This document shows positions 58,481-64,000 of a DNA stretch of 64,000 nt, in pieces (the stretch's first letter is position 1; every line of letters begins with the position of its first letter). A program made the translations under genes and the position numbers. The stretch comes from a virus. The DNA is taken from positions 11,034 to 75,033 of IMG/VR virus record IMGVR_UViG_3300037107_000081; one strand, written 5' to 3'. The notes below the pieces were generated by a model. The model worked only from the letters and a program-made list of their open reading frames with translations. It made no database searches and was not told where the DNA came from.

Positions 58481-59412
58481 CAATACATGCATTAGGACCT
58501 TATCTTCAGAATCTTTATGCAGATATTCAGTCTGATATGACTGGCTTTGCTTATGCTTCTGTCGGATATCGTTGTCATGTTGGCTCTGATGGTTATGATT
58601 ATGTAGCAGTACCAAGCGGAAGCGGAACACCATCAGGAATAACATATTTAACTGGAACTGGGGTTGATTGGTCTCAAACAGGTGGAACTGGAACTAGTGG
58701 TGGTAGTGGTGTGTTACCTACGCTTGGTAATGAACAGGTTATAATTGGTTCTGGTAGTGGAAATGTTCTTAGACAGCTTACTCAAGACGATATTCTTCCA
58801 GGATTTGCTATTACAGGTTTTTCATTAGCTGGAACAAATTATGCGGCTGTCGTTGAGGTTGGAACTACTATTTCATCCATTTCGGCTACTGCTACATATC
58901 AAAGTGGACCAGCAATAGTTCCAACAGGCATTACTGATACAACTTCTGGAGTATGGACGTTTTTGACTCCTTTCGCTAGTGGTACAAGAGCAGGTAGTGT
59001 ACAAAAGACGGCTAACAATGATACTTGGGTTGCTACGCTTAGTGCTACTGGTCCTAGTGGTGTAGTTAAGACGGCTGGTGTAACTGTAACTTGGTCCCCG
59101 AAAATTTATCATGGCCCATCTACCGTACCAGGCGGAGGTTATAACGCGGCATTTATTACGGGGTTAGCAACATCTGTATTATTACCATCTAGGGCTTGTA
59201 GTTTCACTGATGTAATGGGTGTAAATCAATACGATTATTTTGCATTACCATCCTCATATGGAACACCGATATTTACATTTGGGGTTCTTTCGGGTGGTTT
59301 TAGTTTGGTTGCAAGTTCTGTTTCTGTGACCTCTAATGGGGTAACAATGAATTATGATTTATGGAAGAGTAATCAGCCTAATCTTGGAAGTACTCTCTGG
59401 ACGGTGACTTAA
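58477..59412 (+). CDS. Putative fibre/virion surface protein
   Basis: Paralog of 53622; N-terminal module shared with 63547. Confidence 0.65.
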   Translation: MTIHALGPYLQNLYADIQSDMTGFAYASVGYRCHVGSDGYDYVAVPSGSGTPSGITYLTGTGVDWSQTGGTGTSGGSGVLPTLGNEQVIIGSGSGNVLRQLTQDDILPGFAITGFSLAGTNYAAVVEVGTTISSISATATYQSGPAIVPTGITDTTSGVWTFLTPFASGTRAGSVQKTANNDTWVATLSATGPSGVVKTAGVTVTWSPKIYHGPSTVPGGGYNAAFITGLATSVLLPSRACSFTDVMGVNQYDYFALPSSYGTPIFTFGVLSGGFSLVASSVSVTSNGVTMNYDLWKSNQPNLGSTLWTVT

Positions 59413-59413
59413 G

Positions 59414-62400
59414 ATGACGCATGTTGAAGTAGTCGATACCTTAGTTCAAAAAAATAACGGAATTTTTCCTGTTGTTTTTGGAATCACTGTAGCAAATTTA
59501 ACTAGTCTTGCAGCTCTTCCGGGATATACATCTGGTAGTATTGTTCGTGTTACTACTGTTGGACGATCTTATTTATCAGTGCCTTCTGGAACATCAAAGG
59601 TAGATGGTTATGCTTATGTAACTGGTATTAATTGCGATTGGCAAACTATTCAAGGAAGCTCTGATGGTTATTGGTTAACCCAGGCAACTTGGTATATTGA
59701 TCCAGTTGCTGGGAATGACGAAAACACAGGGGTAAGTGGTCACCCTATAAAAACATGGGCAGAGTTTAGTCGTCGATGTAATGGTCCAGACATCTTTTTA
59801 CCTCAATCAGTTACTATCATATATATTAATGATGCGCCTAATGAACATATAATAGGAAGGATATACTTTTCAACACCTGAACAAACCTTTATTATTAATG
59901 GGAGTCCTGTATTAATCTCTGATACGATTGCCTCCATATCTCAGCTCACTCACGGTACTTACGGGAGCGTGGCAGCTGCTCCAACTATTATTACGCTCAC
60001 AACGAACACAACAGCATCCTTGGTCAACAAAGTTATGAAGGCTATTGTTGGAGGAAATACAATATATTCTTATACCGGAACTAGCAATCCTGCATGGGGA
60101 GGAACCGGGACCAAAAGTTTCTCATGCACTGTTCCTTATTATGAAGCTAGTAACTTATATTTCTTGACAGCAACATTGGCTCCATCACAAGCGGTTCAGT
60201 TTTTAACCCCTACCAAGATAGCTGAAATCAACTTGGAAATACATGGAATTGCTGATTTAGCGATAACAGCAACTAAGATATTTCAAATAAATTTAATTGA
60301 AACTACTGGATCTTATCGTGTCAAATGTCCCACTGGTCCAAGTCTCATGCTTGGATGTATAATTGATCAAGCATCTTTAATAGAACAACAGGATGAGTCT
60401 TTGTCTTATGCTGTGTCGTGCAGATTTAAAAGACTTGATGATATTCATGCAGTCGAAAGTTATGGATGTTTTTACCTCAATGAATTTGGAAACGGTGGGC
60501 ATATATCTTGGGATACTGACTATTTCGACACACTTATAGAGGGCGGGCGTTTTGATATAGATGCCGGAAGATTAAATATTTATGGCGGTCTTCAAATTTT
60601 CGGGTCATCAATAGGAGCAATGCAAATTTACCCAAATGGACAGCTTATAATCAATGACGGATTATCGGGAAATCACAATACTGGATTTGGCTGTAACATT
60701 TTCGCATCGGGTCAATTGTTAATTCGTGCAGGAGCAGTTATAAATTTAACTACATCTCTTGGGGAGATAACTTATCCTGATGCTGGTAATGCAACTAATA
60801 CTTGGGGGAATTTATATAACGGATCTTCCACCGTTCTAATTCAAGGGCTTCCTGCGCCTACAAATATTAATGGAACTTCTGTTACAAATTTAACGACTTT
60901 AGCTGCGTTACCTGGGTATTCAGCTGGTGCTACAGTAAGAGTTAATACTGTTGGTCGTCTTTACGAATCCGTTCCAGTAGGTACAACTTCTTGGACTGCT
61001 GGATCTAATATTACTGTCGGTACAGGTCCTAATTCTATTACCATTACACTTGATGGACTACGCGCATTAGTTCCAAATTACAATTCTGCTAATATTACCC
61101 CGCTGACTTATTCAGGCGGAGTATGGACTGCTGGATCTAATATTACTGTTGGTACAAACCCTAATTTAATCGCTATAACTCCTGATGGTTTACGAGCACT
61201 AGTAGCTAACAGAGGATCAGCCAATGTTACTCCTTTAACATATTCTGGAGGTGTGTGGACTGCAGGATCTAATATAACTGTTGGCACTACATCTCAATGG
61301 ATTGTCATAACTCCTGATGGTTTACGAGCTTTAGTTATTAATGAAGGGTCTAATAATGTTACTCCTTTAACATATTCTGGAGGTGTATGGACTGCCGGAT
61401 CTAATATAACTGTTGGCACCACTCCTAATACTGTTAGTATAACTCCTGACGGGTTAAGAGCATTAGTTCCAAATGTTAATTCAAATAATGTTACCCCATT
61501 AACTTATTTTGGAGGGGTATGGACTGCCGGATCCCCAATAACTGTTAGTGCTGGACCTAGTTGGGCAGCAATTACTCCAGATGGTTTACGTGCGTTAGTC
61601 AATTGTTCTGGTTCCAATACTGTTACACCATTCACTTATTCTGGAGGAGTATGGACTGCAGGATCTAATATAACTGTTGGCACCACTCCTAATTCTATTG
61701 CTATCACTCCTGATGGGCTTCGTGCGTTAGTTGTTAACTTTGGGTCAAATACAATCACTCCATTAACTTATTCAGGGAGTACTTGGACTGCAGGATCACC
61801 AATAACTGTTGGCACATCACCAGAATTGGTTTCTATTACACCCGATGGCCTGCGCGCTTTAGTTAACAACTTTGGGTCCAATATTGTAACTCCGTTAACT
61901 TACTCAGGTGGAATTTGGACTGCTGGATCCAATATTATAGTTGGGACCGGGCCTGAACAACTTGCTATCACTCCTGATGGACTTCATGCATTAATTCCGA
62001 ATAGTGGATCTGGCACTGTAACTCCACTAACTTTCCCAGATCCAGTTGTTTATTTACCAGGCACCGGAGTTGATTGGCAAACCTTACAAGGAACAAGTGA
62101 TACCAAGTGGTTAAGTCAAGCAACTTGGTATATTGATGGAACTGCTGGAAACGATGAAAATACTGGATATACTTCTGGAACACCGATAAAGACATTTAAA
62201 GAAATAACCAATAGATGGGGTGGTGTTAATGTTGATTTGGCACAATCTGTTGTTGTTTATTATCTAAATAATGCGCCAAATGAACATATAAAAATTAATA
62301 TTCATTTTATACAACCAGAGTTAACCTTTAGTATAAAATCAGTAAATAGTTCTAATATTGTTGCAGATACAATTTCTTCATTTAGTGCTTTTACTCATGG

Positions 62401-63538
62401 TACTTATGGATCTGTTGCGGCCAAACCATCTATTTTGTCATTTACAACTAATAATGGTTCAACTGCAGTTGGTAAGGTATTGAAATTTCCTAATGCTTCT
62501 GGTGGTCCTGCGTATGCTTTTGCTGGAACGGCTAATCCTGCTTGGGGAGGAGTTGGAGTTAAATCATTATCATTAACTGTTCCTTATCTTATTAATTTTT
62601 CAATTTTGTTTCCAGAAAGCTATACTCCAATAATTTCTGAGGTTGTAGATATTATAACCCCGTTTACTCTTGCTGAAATTGATATAAGAATAACCGGAGT
62701 GTCAAATTTAAACACAACCATAAAACCAACATTTTATTTAGAATGTTTTGAAATAACTGGTGCAACAAACATTGAAGTATATGATGGATTTGCATATGCT
62801 ATTGGTTGTATTTTTGATCAGGTTTTTATAGCAGATAATAGAAACTCAGATGTTCTTAATGTGGTGTCTAGCTATATGCATCAGGTTGAAACAACACTTA
62901 GCCCTGAGTTATGGGGTTGTTATGTAAAGAATGCTTTTAGTAATGGTGGTCATATTGGATTTAATCAATTTTGGAGTAATGTTCTTGTAGAGGGTGCAAG
63001 AGTAGAAATTGATTATGGGTTAATAAGAATGTTTGGATTACAGATTTTTGGATCTACAAATGGAGGTTTGTCATTATTAGAGGGAAGTATAGTAGCATTT
63101 CAAAGTGGATCTGGGTTGAGTGGAAATAATAACACTGGGTTTGGTCTTCGTATATATGGGAACAGTAGTTTATTATATAATCCATCTGTAACAATAAATC
63201 TTACAGGAACAGTACAAGATGTTTTAATAGCAAATTTATCATTAAATTTAACCTGGACACAAGCGCTTACATATAATGATGGGGCTTGGGATGGTTATAC
63301 AACATTAGTATCTGGTATTAAAGATGTTACGGTTCCTTATTGGAATCCTGCAATTCAATCGTTAATTGTTAATTGTAGGGATGAAATTGGAGATATGGGT
63401 TTATTATCAACTCCATTTGCCAACAGATCAACAACTGGTTTTAGAATAAACTCAACATCGGATACTGATAACTCTACTGTTGATTATCATATATCTTCTA
63501 TAGGATATGGCACGCACTTTCATAAGATAAATTATTAA
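59414..63538 (+). CDS. Fibre/receptor-binding protein with a duplicated module and an 8-repeat beta-propeller
   Basis: Two copies of VANLT.LAALPGY..WL.QATWYID..AGNDENTG; 8 x 44-aa YVTN-like repeats. Confidence 0.75.
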   Translation: MTHVEVVDTLVQKNNGIFPVVFGITVANLTSLAALPGYTSGSIVRVTTVGRSYLSVPSGTSKVDGYAYVTGINCDWQTIQGSSDGYWLTQATWYIDPVAGNDENTGVSGHPIKTWAEFSRRCNGPDIFLPQSVTIIYINDAPNEHIIGRIYFSTPEQTFIINGSPVLISDTIASISQLTHGTYGSVAAAPTIITLTTNTTASLVNKVMKAIVGGNTIYSYTGTSNPAWGGTGTKSFSCTVPYYEASNLYFLTATLAPSQAVQFLTPTKIAEINLEIHGIADLAITATKIFQINLIETTGSYRVKCPTGPSLMLGCIIDQASLIEQQDESLSYAVSCRFKRLDDIHAVESYGCFYLNEFGNGGHISWDTDYFDTLIEGGRFDIDAGRLNIYGGLQIFGSSIGAMQIYPNGQLIINDGLSGNHNTGFGCNIFASGQLLIRAGAVINLTTSLGEITYPDAGNATNTWGNLYNGSSTVLIQGLPAPTNINGTSVTNLTTLAALPGYSAGATVRVNTVGRLYESVPVGTTSWTAGSNITVGTGPNSITITLDGLRALVPNYNSANITPLTYSGGVWTAGSNITVGTNPNLIAITPDGLRALVANRGSANVTPLTYSGGVWTAGSNITVGTTSQWIVITPDGLRALVINEGSNNVTPLTYSGGVWTAGSNITVGTTPNTVSITPDGLRALVPNVNSNNVTPLTYFGGVWTAGSPITVSAGPSWAAITPDGLRALVNCSGSNTVTPFTYSGGVWTAGSNITVGTTPNSIAITPDGLRALVVNFGSNTITPLTYSGSTWTAGSPITVGTSPELVSITPDGLRALVNNFGSNIVTPLTYSGGIWTAGSNIIVGTGPEQLAITPDGLHALIPNSGSGTVTPLTFPDPVVYLPGTGVDWQTLQGTSDTKWLSQATWYIDGTAGNDENTGYTSGTPIKTFKEITNRWGGVNVDLAQSVVVYYLNNAPNEHIKINIHFIQPELTFSIKSVNSSNIVADTISSFSAFTHGTYGSVAAKPSILSFTTNNGSTAVGKVLKFPNASGGPAYAFAGTANPAWGGVGVKSLSLTVPYLINFSILFPESYTPIISEVVDIITPFTLAEIDIRITGVSNLNTTIKPTFYLECFEITGATNIEVYDGFAYAIGCIFDQVFIADNRNSDVLNVVSSYMHQVETTLSPELWGCYVKNAFSNGGHIGFNQFWSNVLVEGARVEIDYGLIRMFGLQIFGSTNGGLSLLEGSIVAFQSGSGLSGNNNTGFGLRIYGNSSLLYNPSVTINLTGTVQDVLIANLSLNLTWTQALTYNDGAWDGYTTLVSGIKDVTVPYWNPAIQSLIVNCRDEIGDMGLLSTPFANRSTTGFRINSTSDTDNSTVDYHISSIGYGTHFHKINY
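60992..62035 (+). repeat. Eight 132-bp repeats WTAGSNITVGT.P..I.ITPDGLRALV.N.GS..VTPLTYSGGV
   Basis: Period 132 nt (60992, 61124, ...). Confidence 0.9.
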
Positions 63539-63546
63539 AGGGTAAT

Positions 63547-64000
63547 ATGGCAATTCATAAATTAGGGCAAGTTCTACAAAATATATATGCTGATACCCAA
63601 TCTGATTTAACTTCTTTTGGTGGGGCAGATGTTGGTTATCGTGCATATGTAGCTTCCGATGGTTATCATTATGTAGCAGTGCCAACAGGAACAAGCACGC
63701 CATCTGGAACATTATATTTGACCGGAACTGGTGTAGATTGGCAACAACAGATTAGTGGAAGCAGCTCAAGCTCTAGTACAATCCAAGGTGTTACAGTTGC
63801 TAATTTAACGACCTTGGCTGCATTAACTGGGTACTCTGCTGGTGCTACAGTAAGAGTAAATACCGTTGGCCGTCTTTATGAATCGGTTCCAGTAGGTACA
63901 ACTTCTTGGACTGCTGGATCTAATATTACTGTCGGTACAGGTCCTACTCAAGTTACCATTACACCTGATGGGTTACGAGCATTGATTATTAGTTATGGAT
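63547..64000 (+). CDS. Fibre-family protein, truncated at the window end
   Basis: MAIHKLGQVLQNIYADTQSD...GVDWQQ...VANLTTLAAL...WTAGSNITVGTGP; open to the end; not in the ORF track. Confidence 0.75.
   Translation, partial: MAIHKLGQVLQNIYADTQSDLTSFGGADVGYRAYVASDGYHYVAVPTGTSTPSGTLYLTGTGVDWQQQISGSSSSSSTIQGVTVANLTTLAALTGYSAGATVRVNTVGRLYESVPVGTTSWTAGSNITVGTGPTQVTITPDGLRALIISYG

Noticed and set aside
536-63712. Most short minus-strand and nested ORFs in the track
   Set aside because: They are shadows of long plus-strand genes, with no RBS or recognisable motifs.
60971-63946. Identical ~60-bp fibre segments as a DGR template/variable repeat pair
   Set aside because: Flanking differences are mostly synonymous and not adenine-specific; no reverse transcriptase in the window.
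1-64000. Alternative genetic code (stop codon reassignment)
   Set aside because: Core genes are intact in the standard code, and TAA, TAG and TGA all end genes.

Overview
This window is a 64 kb, AT-rich, almost entirely plus-strand segment of a large (jumbo-type) tailed dsDNA bacteriophage genome. No rRNA, tRNA or CRISPR array is visible. 1-11.5 kb is a replication/recombination module: DnaE-type Pol III alpha C-terminus, UvsY-like protein, RecA, gp32-like SSB, RuvC-like resolvase, DnaJ, Zn-ribbon protein plus DnaG primase, and a sigma-like HTH protein. 12.4-49.9 kb is an unusually long head module: GpA-type terminase, portal, 1120-aa prohead protease/scaffold, decoration-like proteins, major capsid protein and about 25 unknown proteins, with a CCA-type nucleotidyltransferase and a Tyr/dual-specificity phosphatase embedded in it. 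50-64 kb holds a LAGLIDADG-methyltransferase fusion, a GT4 glycosyltransferase and modular fibre proteins (collagen-like and beta-propeller repeats). Main signals not in the ORF track: (1) a start-less 163-codon ORF reachable by an SD-stimulated -1 frameshift at T TTT TTA (38201-38207), with two further candidate slip sites in head genes; (2) a dispersed bipartite DNA motif CTGGTAAAA-N16-19-TGTA in both orientations, including back-to-back pairs; (3) a pervasive K/R-x-A motif in head-module proteins, suggesting a protease-matured internal cargo/ejection system; (4) DGY tripeptide enrichment in fibres downstream of the glycosyltransferase. All protein calls come from motif recognition by eye; no database searches were run.
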